Source of the DNA: Candidatus Atabeyarchaeum deiterrae
GTDB lineage: Archaea > Asgardarchaeota > Atabeyarchaeia > Atabeyarchaeales > Atabeyarchaeaceae
Direction of reading: 5' to 3'
Length of the DNA stretch: 32,000 nt
Assembly (NCBI GenBank): GCA_037310415.1
Contig: CP147780.1
Coordinates: forward strand, 542,362 to 574,361
This document shows, piece after piece, positions 1 through 8,711 of the stretch (position 1 is the first letter of the stretch; each line of letters opens with the position of its first letter). A model generated the notes under the pieces. That model saw nothing but the letters and a program-made list of their open reading frames with translations, did not search any database and had not been told where the DNA came from. Both the position numbers and the translations under genes were made by a program.

Positions 1-6
1 GTACCG

Positions 7-774
7 CTATGGGGGAATACCAGTTAGGCGTAAGCTTAGAAGATCGCCTGTCACGATAGAACAGAAGAGCGACAACGCGAGTACAGCTGTCACGGGGATC
101 CTAAGCGGGTACCAGATCATAATATCTAGGTCATCTGGAACAGTCAGTCCATGACTTTTCAAGGCTGAAGCACGACGCTTGAAGCTATCTGTGACAGGAA
201 CGGACGATACAATAATCAGCCACTTTGGCGCGGAAATGGATTTATTGTCGGGATCTTTTCCGAAACGGGTTCTCCTGTATGCGCAGAGAAGTACCAGATT
301 CCGCCCTCTCTCATAATTCGAGAATGGTATGTTCTTCTTTCTGAGGAAACTGAACAGAAGATTCTCCAAGAAATTCAGAACGAAGATGAGTGACAAGAAC
401 ATGACAAGATTTATTGTCGCGGAGATAGGTGTAAGCAATACACCTTTAGACAGACCAGATAAAGGAAGTATTGTTGGAACATAGAGTGACAGAAAAATCA
501 ATGCCTTCGCGTCAGCACCACCGAATACTCCAATCCTAAAGAGAGCCAACGAGATCAGGATAGCTACGAAACAGGAAAAGAGTGTTGTAAGAAGGATCTC
601 GATTCCTTCATAAGTCAGCCACCTGAGAAAAAATGATGCACAACCCCCAATCAAGGCAAGAAGCCAAAGCCTGTCTGGGACGAAACCGGTTCTCAAATCG
701 AACCAAGATGCAAATACTAGCAGCAAGAAACACAGCAAAACCGGCAACACATCTGAACATGGGCTTATAACCAA
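7..774 (-). CDS. Archaeal A24-family prepilin/preflagellin peptidase-like membrane protein (FlaK/PibD-like)
   Basis: 255 aa; N-terminal 'SWFDLRTGFVPDRLW' and central 'GGADAKALIFLSL' match the two catalytic Asp contexts (D-x-R...P and GxGD/GGAD) of A24 peptidases; multiple TM segments. Confidence 0.8.
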   Translation of the reverse strand: MVISPCSDVLPVLLCFLLLVFASWFDLRTGFVPDRLWLLALIGGCASFFLRWLTYEGIEILLTTLFSCFVAILISLALFRIGVFGGADAKALIFLSLYVPTILPLSGLSKGVLLTPISATINLVMFLSLIFVLNFLENLLFSFLRKKNIPFSNYERGRNLVLLCAYRRTRFGKDPDNKSISAPKWLIIVSSVPVTDSFKRRASALKSHGLTVPDDLDIMIWYPLRIPVTAVLALSLFCSIVTGDLLSLRLTGIPP

Positions 775-921
775 CTAGGATATCACCGATAATGCGTAGA
801 GGACCAATGTATTTTAGATACACTAAGAATGATTCAACGCTTTACTTTGAGAGGCTATGCACAGCAGAAGAAAGAGATAATATGTGAATGCTCATAACAA
901 GATTAGAAGAGAAAAGGCAGA

Positions 922-1473
922 GTGACAGTTTTGGGAGACAGGAGTAACAGATCATACAAATTCTATCAAATGGAGATGACACTCGACAGAATTAGGCTCA
1001 TTCAAGTCAAGAAAGTTCCTAGTTTGACAATAAGAAACTACCACGCGAGTGACGCGAAAGGGCTTGTTAGAGTATTCAACAGCGTATTCTTGGGAAGCAA
1101 TGACCCAATTCCCCGGATATCCGAGCAGGATCTGGGCGATTTGCCTTCCGATAGAATATTGCTAGCAGAATCAGAGGGAGAAACTGTGGGGTTCCTCATG
1201 TGTGGAATCAAGACTTTGGAAGGAGAGGTTGTCGGCGTAATTGGTTATGTGGGAGTTATCAGTAAGTGGCGTAGAAAAGGAGTGGCAACTCTTCTGGCAG
1301 TTGAAGCCGGGAGATACTTCTTAAAGAATAGATTGAAGAAGGTAATCTGCGAAGTATACTATCTCAACAAGAATTCTTACAAGTTCATTGAGAGCTTTGG
1401 CTTCAGCCAGACCGCAACGATCTACGTTCCAGTCGAGGATGTTGTGAAGTCGCTCTATAGAGTGAAACTGTAA
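922..1473 (+). CDS. GNAT-family N-acetyltransferase (RimI-like)
   Basis: 'IGVISKWRRKGVATLLAVEAGRYF' resembles the acetyl-CoA binding motif (R/Q-x-x-G-x-G/A), followed by 'VYYLNKNSYKFIESFGF'. The true start may be downstream, e.g. the Met of 'MEMTLDRIRL'. Confidence 0.75.
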   Translation: MTVLGDRSNRSYKFYQMEMTLDRIRLIQVKKVPSLTIRNYHASDAKGLVRVFNSVFLGSNDPIPRISEQDLGDLPSDRILLAESEGETVGFLMCGIKTLEGEVVGVIGYVGVISKWRRKGVATLLAVEAGRYFLKNRLKKVICEVYYLNKNSYKFIESFGFSQTATIYVPVEDVVKSLYRVKL

Positions 1474-1526
1474 ATCCGAAACGGTCATATGCGAATAGCT
1501 GCAATCAGCCTGATCTGAGACCCATC

Positions 1527-2096
1527 CTAGCTAGTTGGCTGCTGCAGGTTGTGAGTTATTAGCGTCCTAATTAGGGCCTTGAATGTCTGAAGCAGACCGA
1601 TTCCTAAAACGGAAATGGTTTCGTATATTTGGAACTTTTCTAGACCAAGCGCTTCTACCAACTCCCTACGTCCCATTGCGTTTGGTAGATCCCTCTTGTT
1701 GAGCATCATAAGCAGGGGAACTTCTTTGCCCAGACGATCGCCGTAGGTCTCTTTCAGCTCCCTGAAGCTCTCCATGTTTTCGCTAAGGCGTTCACGCGAA
1801 GAATCAATAACGAATAGTACGCCGTCTGATTCCTTTGACACGATCTGCCGTCTCGCCTTCTGAGTTGGTGAGCCGGCAACCGTGAACACGTTGAAGATCA
1901 CCTTTCCAGAAGCGGACATCGGAGCATAATCAAAAAATATGGTTCGACCATCAGGACCCTCTATTGATGTGAACCCGCCCTTGGTCAGACCTTCTGAGTG
2001 GTTGTATATCCATCTGAGAGCCGTGGTTTTGCCAGACATCGATGGGCCCCAGAGAACCACCTTGAAATGAATCCTCCCTTTCTCATCCCGCTTCAC
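1527..2096 (-). CDS. Small Arf/MglA-like GTPase
   Basis: P-loop 'GPSMSGKTT', 'NKRD' G4 motif, 'VFTVAGSP' in place of a canonical DxxG. Confidence 0.75.
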   Translation of the reverse strand: MKRDEKGRIHFKVVLWGPSMSGKTTALRWIYNHSEGLTKGGFTSIEGPDGRTIFFDYAPMSASGKVIFNVFTVAGSPTQKARRQIVSKESDGVLFVIDSSRERLSENMESFRELKETYGDRLGKEVPLLMMLNKRDLPNAMGRRELVEALGLEKFQIYETISVLGIGLLQTFKALIRTLITHNLQQPTS

Positions 2097-2456
2097 TTTG
2101 ACCAGCCCCCTATTTCCAAACCTATGTTGACACGACTGACTGTCTAGCGGTGACCGCTTTAGATAATTAGCACTAACAGCTACTTATACTATTAGGATTG
2201 AACTCACAAATAAATGTATCAATTCAGGCTACGAGCATTCAATGTATAGAGAGACACAACTCTCTCAGGTCGCAGTGATGCCAATTGCCAATTCAGAGCG
2301 TCACCCATAAACGAACACGCAACGGTTCACCTAGTTGAGCGGAACAAGATTTGATTGGGAAAACTCTATTAATCACCCGAGACAACATTAATAAGTCAAG
2401 TTTCGCAGACCTCTATTCCTCATCTTCTGATTCTTTCATGACGAAGAGGGAGAAGA

Positions 2457-2735
2457 ATGCAAGAAAAGTTATTTAATAGGATCTTGACTGTTGTGATTAT
2501 CCTTTCCATTGTGGCTTTCGCTGCAGGTTGCGTTTATGTCTTGCTTTCAGAGAGCGGTCTTACACTGAGGAAGTTTGCGGCTGTATGGCTGTTTGCATAT
2601 GTTTTGGCAGTGACGCTGGGGTTCAAGGGAAGCATAGAATCTCATAAGGATGGGCTGACAAGGTTTGCAGTCGAATGGTTAATCGCATGCGGCGCAGGAA
2701 CAATCCTAGCTGGTCTAGTGATTATGTTTGGATAG
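2457..2735 (+). CDS. Small hypothetical membrane protein (about three predicted TM helices)
   Basis: 92 aa ORF with hydrophobic stretches 'ILTVVIILSIVAFAAGCVYVLL', 'AAVWLFAYVLAVTLGF' and 'WLIACGAGTILAGLVIMFG'. Confidence 0.55.
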   Translation: MQEKLFNRILTVVIILSIVAFAAGCVYVLLSESGLTLRKFAAVWLFAYVLAVTLGFKGSIESHKDGLTRFAVEWLIACGAGTILAGLVIMFG

Positions 2736-2811
2736 ACAATCTGTGCAAAACAACAGTAGCTTCCAGTAAGTAGTTTTGACGAAACTCCAAAAGCTTTGTA
2801 TCTGGCGGTGA

Positions 2812-3501
2812 ATGGAAATGTCCACCAACATTATTCGTGGTGTCCACCCCACAAGAATGGAATTGATTCAGCTTCAACGAAGAAGAATACTCGCAGAGAA
2901 AGGACACGACTTGCTCAAAGAGAAGCGGGATGCTTTGATCATGGAGTTTTTCAGCGCGTTAGAGGATATCAGAAAACTCAGAGGAGACGTCAACTCTGCA
3001 CTTCAAGACGCATTCAGAGCATTGTTGGAATCAAAGATGATACTGGGTCCTGCCAAGTTGAATGAGCTTTCTATGAATTTGCCATTTTCAGTACAGATCG
3101 ATGTGGACACGAGAAACATAATGGGTGTAAGGGTTCCTATACTTAGATCAAGAGAGGAAACAGTGGAGGAATCGGTTCCTTATAGCGTAGTCGACACGAC
3201 GGCAAAAATGGATGAAGCAGTCAAGAAGTTTCGGGATACAACCAAACTGATCATACGTCTGGCAGAAACCGAAACTGCAGTCAAGAAGCTGGCACAAGAA
3301 ATCGATAAGACGAAGAGAAGAGTCAATGCGCTGAAGTATATCATTATCCCTAGAATAGGAAACACAATAAAATACATCCAGTTCCACCTGGAGGAAGTCG
3401 CCAGAGAAGACTTCTTCAGATTGAAGAGGATTAAGGCAACACTTGAGAAAAGAGAATCAGTCAGCAAAACTCAGACAGCAGGCAATACCGAGGCCAGATA
3501 A
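2812..3501 (+). CDS. atpD: V/A-type ATP synthase subunit D
   Basis: 'HPTRMELIQLQRRRILAEKGHDLLKEKRDALIMEF' and C-terminal 'KTKRRVNALKYIIIPRIGNTIKYIQFHLEEVAREDFFRLKRIK' are diagnostic of the family. Confidence 0.92.
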   Translation: MEMSTNIIRGVHPTRMELIQLQRRRILAEKGHDLLKEKRDALIMEFFSALEDIRKLRGDVNSALQDAFRALLESKMILGPAKLNELSMNLPFSVQIDVDTRNIMGVRVPILRSREETVEESVPYSVVDTTAKMDEAVKKFRDTTKLIIRLAETETAVKKLAQEIDKTKRRVNALKYIIIPRIGNTIKYIQFHLEEVAREDFFRLKRIKATLEKRESVSKTQTAGNTEAR

Positions 3502-3509
3502 TCCGTTCT

Positions 3510-3875
3510 CTACTTCTTTTGCATCTTCAAGGTTAGAATAGCTTGCGCCAGATCGCCCTTAGAGTCAACAAGAGCAGAGCGAGCTTCATCAAGGCTCACT
3601 CCAACTTGATCAGCGACTAATTGAACGTCCTCGGAAGATGCTTCTCCCGGACCACCTTGTCCCTCGCTGGTTCCTTCGACGGGAGTCCCAACTACCTGAA
3701 ACACGTCGCGATCACCCGACTTCATGCGCGACACTTGTGGGTTCGGTATAACAAGTTCGCCTCCTGAAGCCATTCGGAAGACTACCTCAGTAACGTTTTC
3801 AAGTTCCTCAAGTTTCAGTCCCATTCTGCCCATGAGTCTGCGCATTGTTCTGGGATCCATTTTCCGAGGGAACAT
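3510..3875 (-). CDS. nac: Nascent polypeptide-associated complex protein (archaeal NAC)
   Basis: N-terminal 'MRRLMGRMGLKLEELENVTEVVF', NAC beta-rich domain, C-terminal UBA-like 'VQLVADQVGVSLDEARSALVDSKGDLAQAILTL'. Confidence 0.9.
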   Translation of the reverse strand: MFPRKMDPRTMRRLMGRMGLKLEELENVTEVVFRMASGGELVIPNPQVSRMKSGDRDVFQVVGTPVEGTSEGQGGPGEASSEDVQLVADQVGVSLDEARSALVDSKGDLAQAILTLKMQKK

Positions 3876-4359
3876 CTTTACTATTCACACCTCTTCTGAC
3901 CTTGATAGCGATGCCATGCTTAAATCTTTTGGCTTCCTCACTTGACAGGAGTGACCGTCCGACGGCCAAAACACGTGATGCCTCAGACGTGACAATGGTT
4001 TCGCTTGAGGGATGAACCCAATTTGACGAACCTGCCACATGCTTGGCAAATACGTTCCCTCCCCTGGATATTGGCAAAATGAATTCATCTTTGATTGTAA
4101 TGCAGGGGCAGTCGTCCCTGCCCACCAGTCTTCTGGCACCCTCCATAGAAAGGGAAAAGGTGCCACTCCTTGGATTAAGAGTCGCTATGTGACTCTTACC
4201 CTCACTAATCTCCTTTATCTTCCCTGTCTTTCTTGAGATCGAGACATCTTCCACACGTGGAAACAAGGAAGACCCAATACTCGAAGAGAACTGGTAATCA
4301 GCAATCATTCGAATCCTTCTAAGTGCCCAATAATCGGTTTCTTTTATCAACATAGGCAC
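3808..4359 (-). CDS. PUA-domain RNA-binding protein
   Basis: 'LSMEGARRLVGRDDCPCITIKDEFILPISRGGNVFAKHV...ETIVTSEASRVLAVGRSLLSSEEAKRFKHGIAIKVRRGVN' has the layout of archaeal PUA proteins. Confidence 0.75.
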   Translation of the reverse strand: MPMLIKETDYWALRRIRMIADYQFSSSIGSSLFPRVEDVSISRKTGKIKEISEGKSHIATLNPRSGTFSLSMEGARRLVGRDDCPCITIKDEFILPISRGGNVFAKHVAGSSNWVHPSSETIVTSEASRVLAVGRSLLSSEEAKRFKHGIAIKVRRGVNSKDVPSENGSQNNAQTHGQNGTET

Positions 4360-4380
4360 CAGATTATCGATGAATCAAGA

Positions 4381-5721
4381 TCACCCGTACATTCCGTTGC
4401 ATGAGTCACTTCCAGATGTGGAGTAACCTAATACCTTCGACACAGCCTTCTCAAAATCAGCTTGCTGCACTTTGTGGCGAAACTCTCTAATTGCAAACAT
4501 GCCTGATTCGGTACATATGGATTTAATGTCAGCCCCCGTCGCACCGTCAGTGATCTTCACCATATTATTAAAGTCAACATCGTCGGTCAGACTCATTCTC
4601 CTGGTGTGGATTCGGAATATCTCAAGACGCGCATTCTCATCTGGAAACGGAAACTCAATTACGCGATCAAAACGTCCAGGGCGAAGAAGTGCTGGGTCTA
4701 GTATATCGGGACGATTAGTCGCTCCTATTACTCTTACGTCCCCACGAGCATCGAAGCCATCAAGTACGCTTAGTAACTGCATTAGGGTCCTTTGAACCTC
4801 TCGATCACCACTTGTTGCAACTTCAAGTCTCCTGCTTGCAACGGCGTCGATTTCGTCTATGAAGACAATACTAGGTGACTTTTCTCTGGCGAGTTGGAAA
4901 ACTTCTCTCACCAACCGAGCACCTTCACCTATGAATTTCTGGACAAATTCCGAACCAATCACTCTTAGAAAGGTGGATTTTGTTTCTCTTGCAACAGCTC
5001 TCGCGACTAAAGTTTTTCCCGATCCTGGGGGACCGCACAACAGTACGCCGTTAGGCGGATCTATTCCGATCTCTTCAAATGCCTCAGGGTGTGTGAGTGG
5101 AAGTTCAACGGTCTCTCTGATTTCTAGTATCTGCTCATTCAGTCCACCAATATCGTTGTAAGTAACGGGGGGAGATACTTCGACTTCCATGCTGCGAACA
5201 AAAGGATCTTTGGTCTGAGGTAGAATCTCAACTATCGAGAGAGTTCTTTGGTTCAGGGCGACCCTAGTACCTGGAAACAGCGCGTTCTTGGGGATGCTCT
5301 TCGACACATATACGACGAAGTTTGGACCAGTGGAGCTTTTTACTACTGCTCGTCCATCTTCCATTATGTCGGTTAATTGAGCAGCAATCAAGGGTGGCTG
5401 CCTTGCCTTTTCGATCTCGGTTCTAAGTGAGTGCAGTTCTCTTTCGAGTCTCGTTCTTTCAGCATCGACTAACTGTTTCTCAGTTTCAAGTGAACGAACT
5501 TTTCTTTCAAGGTGTCTTGTGTAAGAGGACAAATATGATTCCTCAACGTTGTTGTAGACTCTTTTCTTGGAACCTGATTCTATCATGTCAGGCAAAACGA
5601 AGCCTCCACAGGTCACGATGAGTAAGATTGGCATCGTGCCGATTACCAGAAAGTAGATAAACCCAACCTTATTAATTCTTTTGTTACTAAACGAAAAATC
5701 ACGAGCTTGTCGATGAGACAT
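4381..5721 (-). CDS. pan: Proteasome-activating nucleotidase (PAN), AAA+ ATPase. The N-terminal ~45 aa of this ORF may be an over-extension; alternative start Met at about 5586
   Basis: Coiled coil, OB domain, Walker A 'GPPGSGKT', Walker B '[10 protein letters not shown]', '[21 protein letters not shown]'; C-terminus '...MYG' fits an HbYX motif. Confidence 0.92.
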   Translation of the reverse strand: MSHRQARDFSFSNKRINKVGFIYFLVIGTMPILLIVTCGGFVLPDMIESGSKKRVYNNVEESYLSSYTRHLERKVRSLETEKQLVDAERTRLERELHSLRTEIEKARQPPLIAAQLTDIMEDGRAVVKSSTGPNFVVYVSKSIPKNALFPGTRVALNQRTLSIVEILPQTKDPFVRSMEVEVSPPVTYNDIGGLNEQILEIRETVELPLTHPEAFEEIGIDPPNGVLLCGPPGSGKTLVARAVARETKSTFLRVIGSEFVQKFIGEGARLVREVFQLAREKSPSIVFIDEIDAVASRRLEVATSGDREVQRTLMQLLSVLDGFDARGDVRVIGATNRPDILDPALLRPGRFDRVIEFPFPDENARLEIFRIHTRRMSLTDDVDFNNMVKITDGATGADIKSICTESGMFAIREFRHKVQQADFEKAVSKVLGYSTSGSDSCNGMYG

Positions 5722-5728
5722 TTCATGC

Positions 5729-6304
5729 GTGATGGTCGATTCAGATTATGGCATTGGGAGGCAGACTCTCTTGAGGTGCGAGATCTGTGGGGAGGAAGTG
5801 GCTGAGAGGGGAACTATGATAGATGTCGAGGGAGCGAAGCTTTTCGTTTGCTGGCAATGCAGGAAATTCGGCGAAGAGGTTAAGAGACGACCAAGCAAGC
5901 CCTCTGCGCAATCCGTCCAGCGATCTGCAAAGACTCCAGTCCAGAACATAAGGAGGACTGTCAAACCAAGAGTTGAACGTGTGAGAGAGACAAGGCAAGC
6001 ATCTCCAGACCTTGAATTAGTTGAGGATTATCCTCAGCGGATTAGGCGCGCACGTGAGTCGCTCAACCTAACTCAGGAAGACTTGGCTAAGAGAATAGGG
6101 GAGAGACTTTCGATAGTTCAGAAATTAGAGACGGGTAAGATGTGGCCATCTGATACACTTGTCGAAAAATTAGGAAGGATTCTTCGACTAACGCTGAGAG
6201 CACCAGTTGAAGAGGAGTCAGTTCCCCATCAATACAAACGAACTAGCTCGGAGTTGACTATTGGAGACATAGCCGAGCCTGTTGACAAGAAGAAAGCCGA
6301 CTAA
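5729..6304 (+). CDS. mbf1: Archaeal multiprotein bridging factor 1 (aMBF1): zinc ribbon plus HTH
   Basis: '[11 protein letters not shown]...LFVCWQC' zinc ribbon and cro/C1 HTH '[52 protein letters not shown]'. Confidence 0.88.
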   Translation: MMVDSDYGIGRQTLLRCEICGEEVAERGTMIDVEGAKLFVCWQCRKFGEEVKRRPSKPSAQSVQRSAKTPVQNIRRTVKPRVERVRETRQASPDLELVEDYPQRIRRARESLNLTQEDLAKRIGERLSIVQKLETGKMWPSDTLVEKLGRILRLTLRAPVEEESVPHQYKRTSSELTIGDIAEPVDKKKAD

Positions 6305-6834
6305 GTGTCTTTTTTGATAACTTCCTTTCCTCTTGCGCGAGGTAGTATGCTGATCTTGGCTCCGGGATACTCCTTTTTGAATTCGTCACCTTGAAGCAGT
6401 TCGTGTAGGAAAACTGCCAAAGCTGAAACCTCACTATGAGGCTGATTCGTTATCGAAACATTCCAGTCAGCCAGCGAATAGAGTTCGCCTGGGACTTTCT
6501 GGCCTCCGACGACGATCAGCAATTCCTTATCGCAGGACCTAATCTCCTCAATTACATCGTGCAAGTCAAGCCCGTACATGGTTAAGTGGACTAGCTTCCC
6601 AGTTAGTCTCCAGTTACTTAGAAACGCCTTCCATGACTTCACATATTCAATTGTGAATTCGCCGCCCCAGTTTGAGATGACTTTGCGTACGCTGTCCTCG
6701 AATTTCGGATCCTTGTCACCCGAGAAGAACATTTCGTTGGCACCAAATGCCCGGGCAGCAAGAGCAACGTGAGTTGAGATTCTTGGATCTCGACCCTTTC
6801 TGTGACCCATTCTGAATACACAAATGTTCTTCAA
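6301..6834 (-). CDS. tRNA (cytidine(56)-2'-O)-methyltransferase (Trm56/aTrm56)
   Basis: 'RMGHRKGRDPRISTHVALAARAFGA', 'HLTMYGLDLHDVI', 'LLIVVGGQKVPGELYSLADWNVSITNQPHSEVSALAVFL' are typical of Trm56. Confidence 0.88.
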   Translation of the reverse strand: MKNICVFRMGHRKGRDPRISTHVALAARAFGANEMFFSGDKDPKFEDSVRKVISNWGGEFTIEYVKSWKAFLSNWRLTGKLVHLTMYGLDLHDVIEEIRSCDKELLIVVGGQKVPGELYSLADWNVSITNQPHSEVSALAVFLHELLQGDEFKKEYPGAKISILPRARGKEVIKKDT

Positions 6835-7051
6835 GTGTTAACCACCGAGAGCCAAACGCAAGCAATGTAAGCGATTCTTGGTAATATACGTATCTTCAGT
6901 TGAACGGTGAGTTATGTGAACGTTTCGAGTTAGATATATTTTTTAAGTAATCAAACCATATTATTATTGAAGACACGAATGCAGAGAAGGTTATTAGAGA
7001 GCTGTGCAACAAAAGAGCTAATTGATGGATTAAAAAGAGGTATAGGCGCCA

Positions 7052-7570
7052 ATGACTGGTAAACCCTCCAATACCGACGACATTGTTGTCTCTATCATAG
7101 GAGAGATAGGTGGGGAGGAAGCTGTCAAGGTAGCGTCCGCGTTATCAAATGAAGAGGAGACCACGGATGAGAAGATAGCGGGATGCACTGGCATGCGACT
7201 GAATGCAGTACGGAAGGTCTTGTACAGGTTACATGAGAATCATCTTGCTTCCTATCGCAGAACTAGGGATAGTAATACGGGATGGTTTGTGTATTTTTGG
7301 AAGCTTAACCCTGAGAAGATAGCTGACCTGATAAGTGACAGGAAGAGGCTCGTGCTTCGCAAGCTTAGAGAAAGGCTATCTTATGAGAAGGAGCATATAT
7401 TCTTTCACTGTGGGAATGAGCAATGCCAAAGATGCACCTTTGATGAAGCAGTAGAGCTCTCGTTCCAATGCCCCACTTGCAAGAGTCCTTTGCAGTTCCA
7501 TGGGAATAATGGCATTGTGGGAGTTTTGGAAGATAAAGTAAGAAAGCTCGAAGTAGACACAAACGCCTAG
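7052..7570 (+). CDS. tfe: Transcription factor E (TFE/TFIIE-alpha homologue)
   Basis: Winged-helix 'DEKIAGCTGMRLNAVRKVLYRLHENHLASYRRTRDSNTGWFVYFWKLNPEKI' plus zinc ribbon 'CGNEQCQRCTFDEAVELSFQCPTCKSPL'. Confidence 0.9.
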   Translation: MTGKPSNTDDIVVSIIGEIGGEEAVKVASALSNEEETTDEKIAGCTGMRLNAVRKVLYRLHENHLASYRRTRDSNTGWFVYFWKLNPEKIADLISDRKRLVLRKLRERLSYEKEHIFFHCGNEQCQRCTFDEAVELSFQCPTCKSPLQFHGNNGIVGVLEDKVRKLEVDTNA

Positions 7571-7619
7571 ACGCAACTCTAATAAGTGCTCATAAACAAA
7601 GGTCGAATGCTACAGTCTA

Positions 7620-7728
7620 GGGCGGGTGATCTAGCCTGGTTATGATGCCGCGCTTACAACGCGGTAGAAGTTACTATCAAATAAAATAGCTTCCGCGAAA
7701 ATCGCCGGTTCAAATCCGGCCCCGCCCA
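7620..7728 (+). tRNA. tRNA-Val(UAC), interrupted by a 34-nt non-canonical intron (7666..7699)
   Basis: Acceptor GGGCGGG / CCCGCCC with discriminator A; anticodon stem CCGCG 7648-7652 / CGCGG 7660-7664 around loop CTTACAA; T arm GCCGG-TTCAAAT-CCGGC. After intron removal the variable loop is TAATC and total length is 75 nt. Confidence 0.92.
7666..7699 (+). other. Predicted tRNA intron in the variable loop (position 44/45)
   Basis: Central helix CGCG(7660-7663)/CGCG(7694-7697), bulges GT^A and AA^A, inner helix GAAG(7667-7670)/CTTC(7690-7693), further CTAT/ATAG. The outer helix is weak. Confidence 0.72.
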
Positions 7729-7800
7729 CTATCGGCAGAATTCAAGAGTTCTAGCAAAAAAGAGAGGGGATTCGGACTTCAGTCTTACGTTAGTCGTCGG

Positions 7801-7920
7801 CTAGTAGGGAAGAGGAGGGGAACCGCCACCCGGAGGATGGCATCTCAAGGGCATTGGTTTGAGCAGAGATCTTGACACGACGACAAACAAGGATGGGATC
7901 TTCTTTTCGCGTTCAGCCAT
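7801..7920 (-). CDS. Possible 39-aa Pro/Gly-rich small protein MAEREKKIPSLFVVVSRSLLKPMPLRCHPPGGGSPPLPY
   Basis: ATG at 7918-7920 (complement), stop TAG at 7801-7803 (complement). Only the open frame and low-complexity C-terminus support it. Confidence 0.25.
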   Translation of the reverse strand: MAEREKKIPSLFVVVSRSLLKPMPLRCHPPGGGSPPLPY

Positions 7921-7931
7921 TGTCTTTCACT

Positions 7932-7963
7932 CTCTCAGGTGTTTTGATCCAAAGTCCTGAGAG
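7932..7963. repeat. Compound inverted repeat / hairpin CTCTCAGG-tgt-TTTG-atc-CAAA-gt-CCTGAGAG
   Basis: 8-bp perfect outer stem (7932-7939 / 7956-7963) and 4-bp inner stem (7943-7946 / 7950-7953). Confidence 0.7.
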
Positions 7964-8054
7964 AACGTATTTGAACGCCACCATCAAGGTGAGACATGGT
8001 TGACCACTCACATAGGATAGCATGGGATCGAATAGATCTCGCAAAGTTTTGAGA

Positions 8055-8159
8055 TGGCGCCGGGGACGGGATTTGAACCCGCGCGACCCGTAAGAGTCAC
8101 GGGCTCTCCTGTACGGACTGACTCAAGGCCCGCGCCGTAGTCCGCTTGGCTACCCCGGC
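8055..8159 (-). tRNA. tRNA-Ser(UGA), class II, CCA encoded, interrupted by a 16-nt canonical intron (8106..8121)
   Basis: Acceptor GCCGGGG / CCCCGGC, discriminator G; anticodon stem CGGGC/GCCCG; long variable arm GACTC-TTAC-GGGTC; T arm GCGGG-TTCAAAT-CCCGT. Confidence 0.93.
8106..8121 (-). other. Canonical 37/38 tRNA intron TCAGTCCGTACAGGAG
   Basis: Central helix CTTG (nt 32-35) with CAGG in the intron; 3-nt bulges AG^T and AG^A. Confidence 0.85.
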
Positions 8160-8206
8160 ATACAATCTCTGCTAGCCTTTCAACAAGAAGAAACGTATTT
8201 CAATAT

Positions 8207-8222
8207 AAGGGGGTTGCCCCTT
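8207..8222. repeat. Short inverted repeat AAGGGG-gttg-CCCCTT upstream of tRNA-Ser
   Basis: Direct reading; an AT-rich TTATATTG stretch on the minus strand between it and the tRNA could be the TATA region. Confidence 0.5.
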
Positions 8223-8342
8223 TAAAAAACATGTCTAGCACACAACAAAGCCAATAAGATGGCTAGTAGAGTGACCGAGGGACAAAGTCTTCAGCGAACA
8301 AGGAGCCGATCAGATTGAAGCCAAACCGACCCATCAGACCCA

Positions 8343-8660
8343 CTACACTATCTCGATCTCTATGTACACGTCTTCTGGTATTCTGATTCGCATTATCTGT
8401 CTCATAGTTCTCTCGTCGGCATCCAGATCTATCAGCCTTTTGTGAACGCGCATCTGCCACTTATCCCAAGTATGAGTGCCTTCTCCGCAGGGTGATTTCC
8501 TCGTGGGAACCAATAGACGCTTGGTGGGAAGAGGTACTGGTCCAGCTATGCGTGTCCCTGTTTTGATCGCAATATTCTTGACTTGCTTGCAAACATCATC
8601 GAGTTTTGCTGAGCTTGTGCTCGACAGCTTTATTTTCGCTTTTTGAACCATGATACCCAC
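8343..8660 (-). CDS. rps10: Small ribosomal subunit protein uS10
   Basis: '[71 protein letters not shown]'. Confidence 0.97.
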   Translation of the reverse strand: MGIMVQKAKIKLSSTSSAKLDDVCKQVKNIAIKTGTRIAGPVPLPTKRLLVPTRKSPCGEGTHTWDKWQMRVHKRLIDLDADERTMRQIMRIRIPEDVYIEIEIV

Positions 8661-8711
8661 CAGTATCCATGCCTATACTCCCGTGAAGACCAAACATGAA
8701 AAGTTGGGGGA

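Noticed and set aside
7745-7800. Possible fifth copy of the dispersed repeat (TCTAGCAAAAAAGAGAGGGG...)
   Set aside because: Only the A-rich start resembles the family; the GGTCTSTAAG and TTCTAGTYTTTTC parts are missing.
7780-8040. SRP RNA or RNase P RNA in the tRNA-Val/tRNA-Ser gap
   Set aside because: I could not find the hallmark conserved segments of either RNA, and the gap is short for both.
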